Notes: a model not told the origin generated them from the letters alone. A stretch of DNA of 64,000 bases from Candidatus Doudnabacteria bacterium (GCA_963837465.1 CAWINB010000004.1:202853-266852), one strand, 5' to 3'; positions 19,849 through 30,520 are shown, numbered from the stretch's first letter. A program made the numbers and translations.

Positions 19849-20755
19849 CGACCCAATTCCAGTGCCTAAACCTACAAGCTCGGATCCCGCCATTCAGGAG
19901 CTTGGAGAAATTACCGACGTTAATGCTGACGTTGATAAATATATCACCCAAAAATACCGTAACCAAATGATAGTTGGCGGATTAATTCTCTTAGCAGCTG
20001 AAGTCCTCTGGTTTATTTATATTTTTGCCAGCAATAATGTTTCTCAAGGCACTTTGGAAGTGGCCTTAATTCCGGTCTTCTTTGCCGTCGCTCTTTTCTC
20101 ACTCGTCAAAAATAAAATCCAAGACGCATTTTTCCAGCAGTTTGCAGCAAGCAACGGATTTACCTTCCAAAAAATCGGCTTGCCGGACAATTTGGATGGT
20201 TCGTTATTTTCCATCGGCCACAGCGCAGGGGGAAGAGATTTAGTTACCGGCAACTTCCAAAATTTGCCGTTGACCCTCTTTAGTTACCACTATACTATAG
20301 GTTACGGAAAAGGCGCACGGACTTATTTTTACACTATTTTCAGACTGGATTACCCCACCCCGTTGCCGCCGATTTTTTTACAAGTAAAAGGCCACGATTT
20401 CGGTGAAGGCATCTTTGATCACTTTTCCAAAAATGACCCGGAAAAAATCCAATTAGAAGGAGACTTTAATCAATACTTTACTCTTTATACCAAGAAAAGT
20501 TTTGAAACAGAGGCATTGCAGGTTTTATCCCCAGACTTTATGGTAAAAATTCAGGATGAGTGGAAAAATTTCAGCTTGGAATTTGTGGGAAGCCATTTGT
20601 ATATTTATACTTACCACGTTGTAGGCACCAAAGCCGAGCTAGACAGCATGTATCAGCTAGCCCAATACCTTATAACAAGAATAGAACCTATGGCGGCTAG
20701 AATGAAGACAACCCTAACTACTTTAGAAGGTTACTACAATGGAGAAAAACAATAA
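19835..20755 (+). CDS. Membrane protein (DUF3137-like)
   Basis: Two TM helices; LEGDFNQYF.LY...ALQVLSPDFM. Confidence 0.6.
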   Translation: MDQDNDPIPVPKPTSSDPAIQELGEITDVNADVDKYITQKYRNQMIVGGLILLAAEVLWFIYIFASNNVSQGTLEVALIPVFFAVALFSLVKNKIQDAFFQQFAASNGFTFQKIGLPDNLDGSLFSIGHSAGGRDLVTGNFQNLPLTLFSYHYTIGYGKGARTYFYTIFRLDYPTPLPPIFLQVKGHDFGEGIFDHFSKNDPEKIQLEGDFNQYFTLYTKKSFETEALQVLSPDFMVKIQDEWKNFSLEFVGSHLYIYTYHVVGTKAELDSMYQLAQYLITRIEPMAARMKTTLTTLEGYYNGEKQ

Positions 20756-20848
20756 AAATTTGTTGACGGCTTGTCAAAAATGTGCTATAATTAAAGCAAT
20801 AATTCCTTTAAAATAAAAATTATTAATTCGATAATTAAAAAACCACAT

Positions 20849-23206
20849 ATGAAAAAAATACTTTCGACATTCGTTGCTATAGGGATGTTGACTTTTGTGC
20901 TGCTTCCAGCAGCGCAAGTTTGGGCTGCTGCGACAGTCACTTTGGCTGCCACAGCTCTACCTCATGCAAAGGTTAACCAACCCTATTCTGCCAGCGTTGC
21001 CTTTACCAACTCCGGTAATGGCAGCACCACCTATGCTCTTAACGGCACGTGGACGGGTTTGCCCAATGGCATTATTGGACAAGGTTTAGCTTCTAATCCT
21101 GATCAGGTTATGGGAATGTTGGGCAGTTCAGGAAATTTTACATTATCGGGAACCCCGACCCAAGCAGGGACTTACAACGTTAGCTTAAGCGTTAACGATC
21201 AATACGGCGGCTCTGCCAGCCAGAGTTTTGTATTATATGTAGACGGACCATCAGCTATTCAAATTAATGGGACATCAATTCCGGCCGGACTAGTTGGCAC
21301 ACCTTATAGCGCTTCCATCCCTTACACTTATAACGGCACTTACGCACTTAACGCTACTTGGACTGGATTGCCGCCGGGAATAATTGGTCAAGGATTAGCC
21401 TCCGATCCCAACCATGTTTATGGCTTGCTAGGAAACTCGGTTACTGTTCTTTTGCAAGGAACCCCAACTACAGCGGGCGTATACAGCGCGCACCTTTCGA
21501 TGACCGACCAATACGGCGCTACTGCCGATCAGTATTTTAACATCATCGTCAGCACGCCAAACTCTCTTAATATCACAGCAACTTCGTTAGCCAGTGGCAC
21601 AGTAGGTCAATCTTATTCAGCTACTATTCCTTACACCTATTCAGGCTCGCCTTGTTTGAATGCTACTTGGACAGGTTTACCGTCCGGCATCATCGGCCAA
21701 GGTTTGGCTTCTAACCCCAACTCTGTTCTCGGAGTATGCGGACAAGGAAATGAAAATCTAACTTTATCAGGAACACCCACTCAAGCCGGCACATTTACTG
21801 TTACGCTACAAATGACCGATCAGGGCGCGCTCAATGTCACTAAAACATTTGCTCTTTCCGTTAGCTCATCCGCGAACAGCACCGCGAATCAAAATTTTCA
21901 AGTTACAACCACTTCTCTACCGCCGGGGACAGTAGGCACCACTTATGCAAGCGGAATATATTACACTTACACAGGCCAAGATGCTTTAAACGCTACGTTT
22001 ACCAGTCTGCCACCCGGTTTATATACTGGCACGTGCGGGTCAAGTTGTTTAACCAATACTGGTATGACCCCGGCGAGCAATGGCGGCACTGGAACTGTAT
22101 ATATCAGTGGCACCCCTACTCAGGCAGGAAATTATAGCGTTTCTCTTTACATCAACGATCCAACATACGTAGGCTCTGCTTCTTCAGGAATCAGCAAACA
22201 GTTTACTATTCAGATAAACCCTACTGGTGTCAGTAATAATATGACCCCCACGGCTCCACTTTTTTCTGGACCGAGCACAGTCCAAGCGGGCACTTCCGCA
22301 TCTTATACTTTTAGTTCTTGGGATCAAGATAATGACGGCTATAATGGCGGTTCGTTAAGTTATTCAGTAAACTGGGGCGACAACTCTCCAATAAGCAACC
22401 AAAGTGGTTTTGCTTCCGGAGCCGGCTTTACTACATCTCATACATGGACAAATGCCGGCAATTACCAAATCACAGTTACTGTCACGCCGGGTTTGGGTAA
22501 TACAGTGCAAGGCAGTTATCCGGTGCAGGTGACTTCAACTGTTGTAACCCCAACTCCTACGCCGACTCCCACTCCCACACCATCTACTGGCAGCAGTATT
22601 AATTTACCCGACGGCACTGTCATAAAACTGCCTAATAGCCCGACTGTCTATTTGGTTTCCGGCGGTCAGCTTACACCGTTTACCTCGGCTCAAGACTTCT
22701 TAAGCAAAGGTTATACTTGGTCACAAGTCCAACAGGTTAGCCCCAGCCAAGTTTCTACTCCTACTACAAATACAAATTCTGGAAGTAATTCTGGATTAAG
22801 CACTTCCAGCTTCTATCCCTATCCTTCAGGTAGTTTGGTGAACGATGGGGGCACAGTTTACTTTATTGGCAGTGGTCATACCAAAGTCGCATTTACCAGC
22901 TCTCAGGCTTTTGTGGGATTAGGTTATTCATTCGGGAATGTCATTCAAGGTGACTTAACCAACTACCCCTTATCCAGCAGTTATGCTCTCTCTTCGTCAA
23001 ATATAGCTCACCCATGGGGAAGCTGGTTAATTAACAAAGGAACAGTTTACTATTCCTCTCAAAGCGGTTTAATAGGCGTTCCAAATTCTCAAATTTTCAC
23101 TGCCAATGGTGGAAATTGGAATTTACTAGTTAAAGCTAATTCCTACGATATGAGCGCCTCAATTCTTTCTGCTATGACGTTAAATGATACAAGAGTAATC
23201 CAGTAG
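20849..23206 (+). CDS. Secreted surface protein with Ig-like (He_PIG) repeats and a PKD domain
   Basis: Signal peptide; 4x LP.G...LSGTPT.AG.Y repeats; WGD...HTW..AG.Y PKD motif; PT linker. Confidence 0.85.
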   Translation: MKKILSTFVAIGMLTFVLLPAAQVWAAATVTLAATALPHAKVNQPYSASVAFTNSGNGSTTYALNGTWTGLPNGIIGQGLASNPDQVMGMLGSSGNFTLSGTPTQAGTYNVSLSVNDQYGGSASQSFVLYVDGPSAIQINGTSIPAGLVGTPYSASIPYTYNGTYALNATWTGLPPGIIGQGLASDPNHVYGLLGNSVTVLLQGTPTTAGVYSAHLSMTDQYGATADQYFNIIVSTPNSLNITATSLASGTVGQSYSATIPYTYSGSPCLNATWTGLPSGIIGQGLASNPNSVLGVCGQGNENLTLSGTPTQAGTFTVTLQMTDQGALNVTKTFALSVSSSANSTANQNFQVTTTSLPPGTVGTTYASGIYYTYTGQDALNATFTSLPPGLYTGTCGSSCLTNTGMTPASNGGTGTVYISGTPTQAGNYSVSLYINDPTYVGSASSGISKQFTIQINPTGVSNNMTPTAPLFSGPSTVQAGTSASYTFSSWDQDNDGYNGGSLSYSVNWGDNSPISNQSGFASGAGFTTSHTWTNAGNYQITVTVTPGLGNTVQGSYPVQVTSTVVTPTPTPTPTPTPSTGSSINLPDGTVIKLPNSPTVYLVSGGQLTPFTSAQDFLSKGYTWSQVQQVSPSQVSTPTTNTNSGSNSGLSTSSFYPYPSGSLVNDGGTVYFIGSGHTKVAFTSSQAFVGLGYSFGNVIQGDLTNYPLSSSYALSSSNIAHPWGSWLINKGTVYYSSQSGLIGVPNSQIFTANGGNWNLLVKANSYDMSASILSAMTLNDTRVIQ

Positions 23207-23289
23207 TTCGACTCAGAAAAAATTGCAAAACCGCCATGTCTAGAGCTGGCGGTTTTTGCTTTGTAAATAGGAAAAGCGGCCGCGAAACT

Positions 23290-24033
23290 TCATTGCGGCC
23301 GCTTGTAGATAGTCGGAGAACGAGGAGTTTTACCGCCAGCTTTCAGATAGTTTAGGAATTCAGCGCACCCTCTCTTGTAATCGCATCTCTGGAGGATATC
23401 GTCGGCTTCTAAAAAATCTGTATCAAGTGGCTGGCCGATGGCGCGAAGTTGCTTGACTGCAAGCTGGTCGACTTTTATCCATACCCTTTCTTCTTCCAGG
23501 AGCTGCTGTTCATCGGTCGCGTTGCCTTTGGTGTAGTAGGATTTGTCGCGCTCGAAGTGTGTAGCCTCATGCACCAGTCCCAAAGCAAAATTATTTTTAC
23601 TTAACTGGTTGAAGCCAACCGGCACTTTCTGTTGAACGCGCACGATCATAAGTAGCCGTGGCGTATAAATGAAAATGCAGGGCGTGTAGGGTGGTTTGTC
23701 ATCGCTGTTCTTAGACACGTAGGCAGAGCTCATCATCGTAGCCTTGTTTTCCAGCCCGGCCTTGATTTTGTAGTATTGCCCGATGGCTTCGATCTTGAGG
23801 CGACCAGCAGAATACTCATCCCAAATCCATTGAATTTTTTCTTTCATGAATGGTGTCATGTAGGAGTTCGCCGGATCGGATGCCCCCGTCGCCGTTAATA
23901 GGTCATTGACTAACTGCTTGGCTTCGTCTGCCGAAAACTGGAAAGTCTGCTCTGTAGGCTGTATTGGGGTTATAACCGTTGGTTCCTTTCTGGACTGTTT
24001 CGTTGGAAACAGAGCAAAAATTACCACGACCAT
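23290..24033 (-). CDS. Membrane-anchored hypothetical protein with HEXXH (zincin-like)
   Basis: LVHEATH...EEE. Confidence 0.55.
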   Translation of the reverse strand: MVVVIFALFPTKQSRKEPTVITPIQPTEQTFQFSADEAKQLVNDLLTATGASDPANSYMTPFMKEKIQWIWDEYSAGRLKIEAIGQYYKIKAGLENKATMMSSAYVSKNSDDKPPYTPCIFIYTPRLLMIVRVQQKVPVGFNQLSKNNFALGLVHEATHFERDKSYYTKGNATDEQQLLEEERVWIKVDQLAVKQLRAIGQPLDTDFLEADDILQRCDYKRGCAEFLNYLKAGGKTPRSPTIYKRPQ

Positions 24034-24562
24034 AGCTGCAACGATTGCCAGTAGAGCGATCCAGTTCGGTTGCTTTTTACGGACTGCTCGACTCGTTTTC
24101 TTTGACTCAATTTTCTATCCTCCAATTGGTGTTGTAACAGACAATTATATAGGATTTTTGACACTTTGACAATGGTCGTATTTTTCGATTTGACACCTTC
24201 CTAACCACAAGGTAACATACGCCAAATTGCATAGATTATAACCCTTGTTAAGGCTTGCAGGCACAAGGATTGCAATATTGGCATTTTTCGTTATAATACG
24301 GAAAATCCACTTTTTGAAACCTATCAGCCTGCAAGCTGGGGAGTAAAAGAGTGGATTTTTCGTTTTGGAACTCCGCACACCGAACTCACTACAAGTGGCT
24401 TAAAAGTGATTTTGTTTACCTCGGGTCGTGAGGTGGAAAATTTTATTTTCTTTTAAGCCTGTGGATAAACATGTGCTAATTTTAGGAACCTCTAATAAAT
24501 TTAAAGTCTTGTTTCTTAGTGAACGTTCGTTCATAATAGATTCATGACTCCTCAAAAAACCG

Positions 24563-25723
24563 ATGAGCCAAATTCAAATAGACAGTTTACGAAAAACCCC
24601 ATCAAGGTCTTTCGTTGCAGAAACTTTTGGAAGGATATTTTCTATGTCCAAGCCTACAAAAACTTTCAGCGAGGCCGGCCAAGAGTTTCTCTATTGGTGC
24701 CAGTATGGCAGATCAGAAGCCGTTGCAAAAACCACGCTCAAAACCTATACCAGAACATTGGAACTTATTGCCAAGCATTTTGGAGATGTCCCGGTTAGTG
24801 AGGTTACGCTGGAGCATGTCCTGAATTTGAAAAAGGATTTTTTGGATCGGGGTGCCAAGCCTGGCTATTTGAATAAGGTGGTAATGCTAGTTCGGTCGGT
24901 TATAAAACACGCAGCAGAAAAAATGCATTTACCAGTTATGTCTTGGCGCGAGATTGAGCTGCCAAGAAAGCCCCGGCCGGAAGTCAGGTATTTGAGTCAG
25001 AGCGAGCTTGACCGGGCAATGTCTTTCATTCATACCGACACACTGCAAGGTATCCGCTTTAAAGCCGTCTTTACAGCCATGCTGGACACGGGCATGCGTA
25101 TTTCCGAGGTTTTGTCGCTAAACAGGGATTCTATTGAATGGGGAGATAAGTCAGCATATATTATTGGTAAGGGCAGTAAAAAACGAAAAGTCTTGTTTCA
25201 GGACTGGTCATTGTGGTGGATCCAACAATATTTATCTAACCGCAAAGACAAACATGAGGCCATGTTCGTTTCTCACCAGAGCGGATATCCCATAGCGCGG
25301 CTACAGACCAATGATGTGCAGCGGGTATTCCGGAGAATTGCCCTCAAGGCAGGTTTGGAAAAATTCACACCACACACGGCCAGAAAAACAGCGGGATCAA
25401 CCATGTGGAATAATGGGGCAGATATTCAGGACGTGCAGGTATTTTTAGGTCATGAAAAGTTGCAAACTACTCAAATTTACGTCGGTAAAAATTATGACCG
25501 TGTCCGGGAGGTGCAAAGCCGAACCTTACAGTATCGGGCTGTGGACGTGGGTGTTACAGCAGTCATCAGGTGGGCAAAGGGCTACGACAAATGCAGCAAT
25601 TGCGGCAAAACGGACAAGCCTCATGGCGCAAAAGGTTATTGCATTAATTGCTACATGAATTTGAAGAACGCGCGAATACGGGCAGAACAGGCACAAACCG
25701 TCGAGAAACCGGTGCCAATTTAG
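24563..25723 (+). CDS. Tyrosine recombinase/integrase with C-terminal zinc finger
   Basis: TGMRISE, GKGSK.R, HTARK, LGH...TTQIY; CSNC..H...YCINC tail. Confidence 0.92.
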   Translation: MSQIQIDSLRKTPSRSFVAETFGRIFSMSKPTKTFSEAGQEFLYWCQYGRSEAVAKTTLKTYTRTLELIAKHFGDVPVSEVTLEHVLNLKKDFLDRGAKPGYLNKVVMLVRSVIKHAAEKMHLPVMSWREIELPRKPRPEVRYLSQSELDRAMSFIHTDTLQGIRFKAVFTAMLDTGMRISEVLSLNRDSIEWGDKSAYIIGKGSKKRKVLFQDWSLWWIQQYLSNRKDKHEAMFVSHQSGYPIARLQTNDVQRVFRRIALKAGLEKFTPHTARKTAGSTMWNNGADIQDVQVFLGHEKLQTTQIYVGKNYDRVREVQSRTLQYRAVDVGVTAVIRWAKGYDKCSNCGKTDKPHGAKGYCINCYMNLKNARIRAEQAQTVEKPVPI

Positions 25724-25760
25724 ACTTGCATTTGTATACCGGTTATGTTAATATGGATGT

Positions 25761-25949
25761 ATGCATGAACAAAAGCTTAGTCGGAACATGGCAGTGGTGA
25801 TTTTAAGGAAGGCTAACCCAAAAGTCTTTACTTTTGACGAATTAGCCGATTTATTTGAGGTTCAGAAGCATGTTGTGCATAAAGTGTTTCTGCGAGATAA
25901 GGATAAATATAACTTGCCAAACGAAAGTCTAGTAAATTCAAGGGTTTGA
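25761..25949 (+). CDS. Small HTH protein (possible excisionase or regulator)
   Basis: TFDELADLFEVQKHVVHKVF; downstream of the integrase. Confidence 0.5.
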   Translation: MHEQKLSRNMAVVILRKANPKVFTFDELADLFEVQKHVVHKVFLRDKDKYNLPNESLVNSRV

Positions 25950-26148
25950 TAGGATTAGCAAATCTTGTATACCCATTTTGGAAAAATTTGGCAAAGTTCT
26001 TTAAAAAATTGGTGTTTATATAAAAGTAGTAAAGAAAATTTTGGCTCAATGATTGATGCTTTATCACACTGGGCTGAGTTCGACCCCATTAGACGACAAA
26101 GGCTCCTAATTTCCCAGTCTGTATACCTTTGAAAAATTTAATACTCGT

Positions 26149-26224
26149 GGGTCGGTAGCTCAGCTGGTAGAGCAGCGGCCTTTTAAGCCGTTTGTCGAGG
26201 GTTCGACCCCCTCCCGACCCACCA
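26149..26224 (+). tRNA. tRNA-Lys(TTT), copy 2, island-borne
   Basis: Same D and anticodon arms as copy 1, with compensated changes in the acceptor stem (GGGTCGG/CCGACCC) and T stem (GAGGG/CCCTC). Confidence 0.93.
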
Positions 26225-27665
26225 TATTGAACTTCTTGGAATCTGCAACGAGTTTAAACTCATTTTTCCAATTGGGGATTAGTGTTTCTCCATTCCAAGA
26301 AAAGTTTTCCAACATAGACTTCACCAAACGCCTTTTCCCTTCGGGAGAGGCTTTTTGGTAAGAGAAATAAGGATTTCTTAAAAGTTTTCCAAGTAGCACC
26401 ATTTGGTCTAAAATCTTTTCATCCGCAGTATCCAAAGCAACCCGCCTTTGCCTAAGCACTAATGATTGGTTAACAAACCTGGCCTTTAGCGAATTGTAAG
26501 TGTCTTCCTCAATTTTACCCTCAATTAGCCTCATTGCCAAGGCCTCAGTTTGTTGCCTTATTCTGACCTCGTCCATCTGAATTTTCTTTAGTTCGTCATC
26601 CTTGCAAAAGTTCATATCAGTCCGAAAACTCTTGACGGCTTCAATATATTTCTGCCCCTCTTGCTCGCTGAACTGGATTTCTTTTAACCGTTTTAAAAAC
26701 TGTTTTTCAATGACGGCTTCCCCAATATTTTTAAAGCCGCAGTTTTTATTTCGGCAATTGTAATATTTATATTTTTTCTTTGCCGAAACACAGCGTAGTT
26801 TACCTTTGCACAAAGGGCAGAATACTAAATTTTGAAAAACATAAATAAAAGTTTTGCTATGCTTGTAGCCTCTGCCACTTAAAACTACCTGCACTTGATC
26901 GTAAAGGTCTTTGGTGACAATGGGGGTATGCTTGCCCTCAATCGGTTCCTTGCGATAGCGAAAGAAGCCGTAGTAAAACGGATTGCGTAATATGTGAGCC
27001 AGTTTATTTTTACTTAACTTACAGCCTTTTTTAGTAAGTAAGCCCATTTCAGTTAAAATATCGGTTAACTGCACTAGCGAATAATTGCCTGTAGCGTACA
27101 TTTCAAAAGCTCTTTTTATAAACGGTGCTTTCACTGGATCTGGTTCTTTAAAAGCTTTCTTGCCCATGTTGACATAGCCTATCGGAGCAGGTAATGGAGT
27201 CATCCCTAAATTTAATAATCCGCTTATGCCTTTGTTGACTTCCTGCTTTAGGTTGGCAACGTAAGACTTGGCAAAACCAAATTGGATAAATAATATGCCC
27301 TTGTTGGGAGTTGAACTGGAAATTCCGTCAGCTACAAAATGCAGATCAAAACCAGCGTTCATCATATCTTCTAAAATTATCATATCCTGAAAATTCCTGG
27401 AGGCTCGGTCAACTTTATTAAAAATAATGCCTTTAACTTTATAATGTTTAGCTAATGCTATCATTTCGTGAAATTCATGGCGATCAATTTTTGAAGCACT
27501 TTCAATCTCCCTGAAAACTTTGAAAATTGGCAGTGGCGGATGATGATGTTCCGCATAAAATTGGTTTTGCCGTGTTTGTTCGTCTAAAGACGCTCCATCC
27601 GATTGCATTTGGCTGGAGACCCTGACATAGGAAATATAGGAATTTTGGTAGTCAATTGCTTTCAT
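26160..27665 (-). CDS. Large serine recombinase (reads into antisense tRNA-Lys)
   Basis: YVRVSS..Q, DRASR, recombinase domain (ILRNPFY.G), CPLC...C zinc ribbon, coiled coil. Confidence 0.92.
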   Translation of the reverse strand: MKAIDYQNSYISYVRVSSQMQSDGASLDEQTRQNQFYAEHHHPPLPIFKVFREIESASKIDRHEFHEMIALAKHYKVKGIIFNKVDRASRNFQDMIILEDMMNAGFDLHFVADGISSSTPNKGILFIQFGFAKSYVANLKQEVNKGISGLLNLGMTPLPAPIGYVNMGKKAFKEPDPVKAPFIKRAFEMYATGNYSLVQLTDILTEMGLLTKKGCKLSKNKLAHILRNPFYYGFFRYRKEPIEGKHTPIVTKDLYDQVQVVLSGRGYKHSKTFIYVFQNLVFCPLCKGKLRCVSAKKKYKYYNCRNKNCGFKNIGEAVIEKQFLKRLKEIQFSEQEGQKYIEAVKSFRTDMNFCKDDELKKIQMDEVRIRQQTEALAMRLIEGKIEEDTYNSLKARFVNQSLVLRQRRVALDTADEKILDQMVLLGKLLRNPYFSYQKASPEGKRRLVKSMLENFSWNGETLIPNWKNEFKLVADSKKFNMVGREGVEPSTNGLKGRCSTS

Positions 27666-28429
27666 AATATCTTTGAATAGGCTCCGCTGTAAGTTTGATT
27701 TTTATAGGTTATAAATCCCTTATACATCTTATTGCTTAAAATTTTGCGTATTGATGAGGGATGCCAAAGACTGACTCCTCGCTTGGTCGGTATGTTATTT
27801 TGGTTAAGATGCTTGGCAATACGGGCAACGCTCATTTTTTGATAGCGCTTGAGGTAATAAATTTTTTTGACTACTTCCGCTTCTTTTTTATTTATAGTAA
27901 GTTGTCCGTCTTTGCTGTTATAGCCATAAATAAGCCCTCCGTGCCAGTTGCCTTTGGCAACGGATTGGTCACGGCCTGTCTTCATGCGAATGGTGATAAG
28001 ACTTCTTTCAAACTCGGAAAAAATTCCGATCATTTGCCTAAAGGCTTTGCGGAACGGATCATTATCCGATAAATTAGGCTCTAAAACTGAAACAATATTC
28101 TTTTTTAATTCGGCAAATTTTTTAATTAAAAGTTCCTGTAAAACCAAATCCCTGGCAAGCCTTGTCAGGCTGTAAATTAGTACTGTATCCACATCATCAT
28201 TGGTTTCCAAAAACTTCATTAGTTTTAGTAAGGCTGGTCTGTCTTGCAGTTCTTTGCTTCCGCTAACTCCGTCATCCTTGAAGCAGTCAATAATTTCCAT
28301 ATCATGTTTTTTTGCATAATCAGTCAAGCTTTTGACTTGTAATTCTATATTGTCATTTTCGGCCTGTATCGCTGTGGAAACTCGGCAGTAAATTATGCAA
28401 CGGGTCATTTTGACCTCCTTAAAGCCCAA
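27662..28429 (-). CDS. Serine recombinase (resolvase + recombinase domains, no zinc ribbon)
   Basis: YCRVST..Q, D.GVSG, RP.L, RLARD, W....IRKILSN..YKG. Confidence 0.9.
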   Translation of the reverse strand: MGFKEVKMTRCIIYCRVSTAIQAENDNIELQVKSLTDYAKKHDMEIIDCFKDDGVSGSKELQDRPALLKLMKFLETNDDVDTVLIYSLTRLARDLVLQELLIKKFAELKKNIVSVLEPNLSDNDPFRKAFRQMIGIFSEFERSLITIRMKTGRDQSVAKGNWHGGLIYGYNSKDGQLTINKKEAEVVKKIYYLKRYQKMSVARIAKHLNQNNIPTKRGVSLWHPSSIRKILSNKMYKGFITYKNQTYSGAYSKIL

Positions 28430-28599
28430 CTCACTTTCTTAAATTCATCTCTGGCAAACTTTATGCCTTTTAGGAGAGAAAAGGCTTGTCCAAAGTCTCC
28501 GCTCATAATGCACTGTAAGCGTTCCCTCTCCATAGCTTGGATTTTCTGGCCTGCTAACCGCAACCAGTTAATCCGATCTTCTCTTGAAGAGAATTTCAT
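28405..28599 (-). CDS. Small hypothetical protein
   Basis: 64 aa, GGAG RBS, overlaps the recombinase start. Confidence 0.5.
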   Translation of the reverse strand: MKFSSREDRINWLRLAGQKIQAMERERLQCIMSGDFGQAFSLLKGIKFARDEFKKVSWALRRSK

Positions 28600-28610
28600 A
28601 TTATCTCCAA

Positions 28611-28731
28611 CTAAAAAACCACCAGAGATTGAACCGTCGATTGTTGCTACACAACAACAGTTTTCTCTGATGGCTTATTAGTAATATACCAATAAAAATA
28701 AGACCGTTCAATACCTATTGTTGTGTAGCAA
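28611..28731 (-). promoter_or_regulatory. Structured leader with interleaved complementary boxes upstream of the recombinase operon
   Basis: 14-bp perfect IR 28644..28657/28718..28731; 11-bp IR (1 mismatch) 28628..28638/28702..28712. Confidence 0.5.
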
Positions 28732-28909
28732 TTTAATTTTATAACATTTCTATGAGGGTGTACAATCGTTTATTAACAATTGCGATAAAGTATCGCCCTG
28801 TAATAACAATATGCAAAAACTTGGATACTTTTATATTGGTTTTTAGTCATATAATATATAGACTGAGGACAGATGGTGTCTTTACCGTCCATGCTGTCCA
28901 AAGACATCT

Positions 28910-30520
28910 TTAGAACTTCACACCTTCTACGCTTTCCTGTCCAGCATCGTCGTCTGCGGTAACGTCTTGTTCGTCCCCGGCTTTGTTTTGATTGGCTAGG
29001 ACAGCAGAGACGGCATTGACGGCATTTTCGTCCGTCTTTATTAAGCTAATGGTCCTTCCACCTGATTTGTCTTTTTCTACCTTAATCCCAATTGCAGCAA
29101 GGTTTGTGACGACCATTTCAAGCCTACGCCAGAGCCAGTTTGAGGTTTGCGGGAAATATTTGTTTTTGGTGTTAAGGCCAAGGCGTTCGGCTTCCGCAGT
29201 AAGTTCCCGTAATAAATCAGTAGGACTCGCTGTGTATTCCACCTGATCCCGCATGATCTCAATTACCACCTGGGCCACTAGCGAATCTTCAATGGCTTGG
29301 TAATTTTGCATAGCTAGGTTGGCTTTTAAGGCATTTACGAATTCCTCGTCCTTATGGCCTAAGGCGTTGCTAATAGCACAACCCCAGCGGACAAAATCAG
29401 CCATGCGCAAGTTCTCAATATCTTTGGGTAAAACTGTTTTCTCAAATAACTCCAGTGATCTCTTGACTGCGTCAAATAGTGCGCCGACCAAATGAGGTTT
29501 TGCCTTTGTAAACTTTGCCAACAGTTGGGCTTCGTCTTGATAGACTTCAGGCCTTTCAAGTTCAATTATTAATGAACGTTCCAACAGGTTAGGCTTGCTC
29601 ACAACGAGGTTAATTCCATTCATCGCCACAAGTCTACGGAAGCTGTAAATAATGTCGTCATCATCGCTGAAAAGTTCGCGTTTTGACATCGCCTCACCCG
29701 TAACTACGCGGCATAACATATCGGAAAAATTTGACTGTATGATAGACAAATTATCCAGTGGTAAAAGGTAGTGATGACTGGCAAGTTGAACGAATTCTTT
29801 GCTATCTCCAGTCGCTGTTAGCGTTTCCATTATTGATGGGTCAATCAACCTGCGGAGCAGTTTGCATAATGTAGTTTTACGGGAACCCTGCGCTCCGTGG
29901 ATTACCAAGACTGGATGAGGAAAATCAGGCACTATTCCAGCAACCATCCAAACCAGTAGTAATAATTTTTGTCCAGAATCTTTTGGCGTAGGGATAAAAT
30001 TATAGACTTCTTCTAAACTGCCTCCCGATATCGGCTCATCCTGGGCTCTCTGGTGTGAAAACCGATAAAACAATATCGGGGACGGATCAATAATTTTCCA
30101 GCCCTCTTTGCCGATTTCTACTGCTCTTCCGTCGCCAAGGTCGTAATAGATTTTATCCTTTAAAGTCGCAATCCGCACTTGCAACTTTATTTCCTCTCCA
30201 TCATGGGTAGCATGACCCTCAAGCGTCCTTACTGCGGTCTCAATCACGGCCGGGGAAACTGCTTTTTTTAATTCTTTCCAACCCAGGAATGACAGCCATT
30301 TTTTGAATTCTTTTGACTTAAGTTTTAAAACTTTTTTGCCATTGCCATCTATGGCCAAAAGTCCATTTTTAAACTGGTCAAAAAATAATTTAGATTTGCT
30401 GTTTAAAACCAAATTCACCAATTTTTTTGCCTGACTTTCATCCTCATCTTTTTCGCCCTCAATATTTCTTTCAATCTGTTGCAAAAGTTCTTCATCTTTT
30501 GTGTCTTTATTATCTTGCAT
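28910..30520 (-). CDS. Phage/plasmid-type replication helicase (P-loop ATPase)
   Basis: GAQGSRKTT Walker A, LPLDN Walker B-like, KRELFSDDD, R.ADF. Confidence 0.75.
   Translation of the reverse strand: MQDNKDTKDEELLQQIERNIEGEKDEDESQAKKLVNLVLNSKSKLFFDQFKNGLLAIDGNGKKVLKLKSKEFKKWLSFLGWKELKKAVSPAVIETAVRTLEGHATHDGEEIKLQVRIATLKDKIYYDLGDGRAVEIGKEGWKIIDPSPILFYRFSHQRAQDEPISGGSLEEVYNFIPTPKDSGQKLLLLVWMVAGIVPDFPHPVLVIHGAQGSRKTTLCKLLRRLIDPSIMETLTATGDSKEFVQLASHHYLLPLDNLSIIQSNFSDMLCRVVTGEAMSKRELFSDDDDIIYSFRRLVAMNGINLVVSKPNLLERSLIIELERPEVYQDEAQLLAKFTKAKPHLVGALFDAVKRSLELFEKTVLPKDIENLRMADFVRWGCAISNALGHKDEEFVNALKANLAMQNYQAIEDSLVAQVVIEIMRDQVEYTASPTDLLRELTAEAERLGLNTKNKYFPQTSNWLWRRLEMVVTNLAAIGIKVEKDKSGGRTISLIKTDENAVNAVSAVLANQNKAGDEQDVTADDDAGQESVEGVKF

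Noticed and set aside
20950-22150. Repeats as possible DGR template/variable regions for the RT
   Set aside because: They are in-frame Ig domain repeats diverged at synonymous sites, not adenine-specific, and lie 33 kb from the RT.
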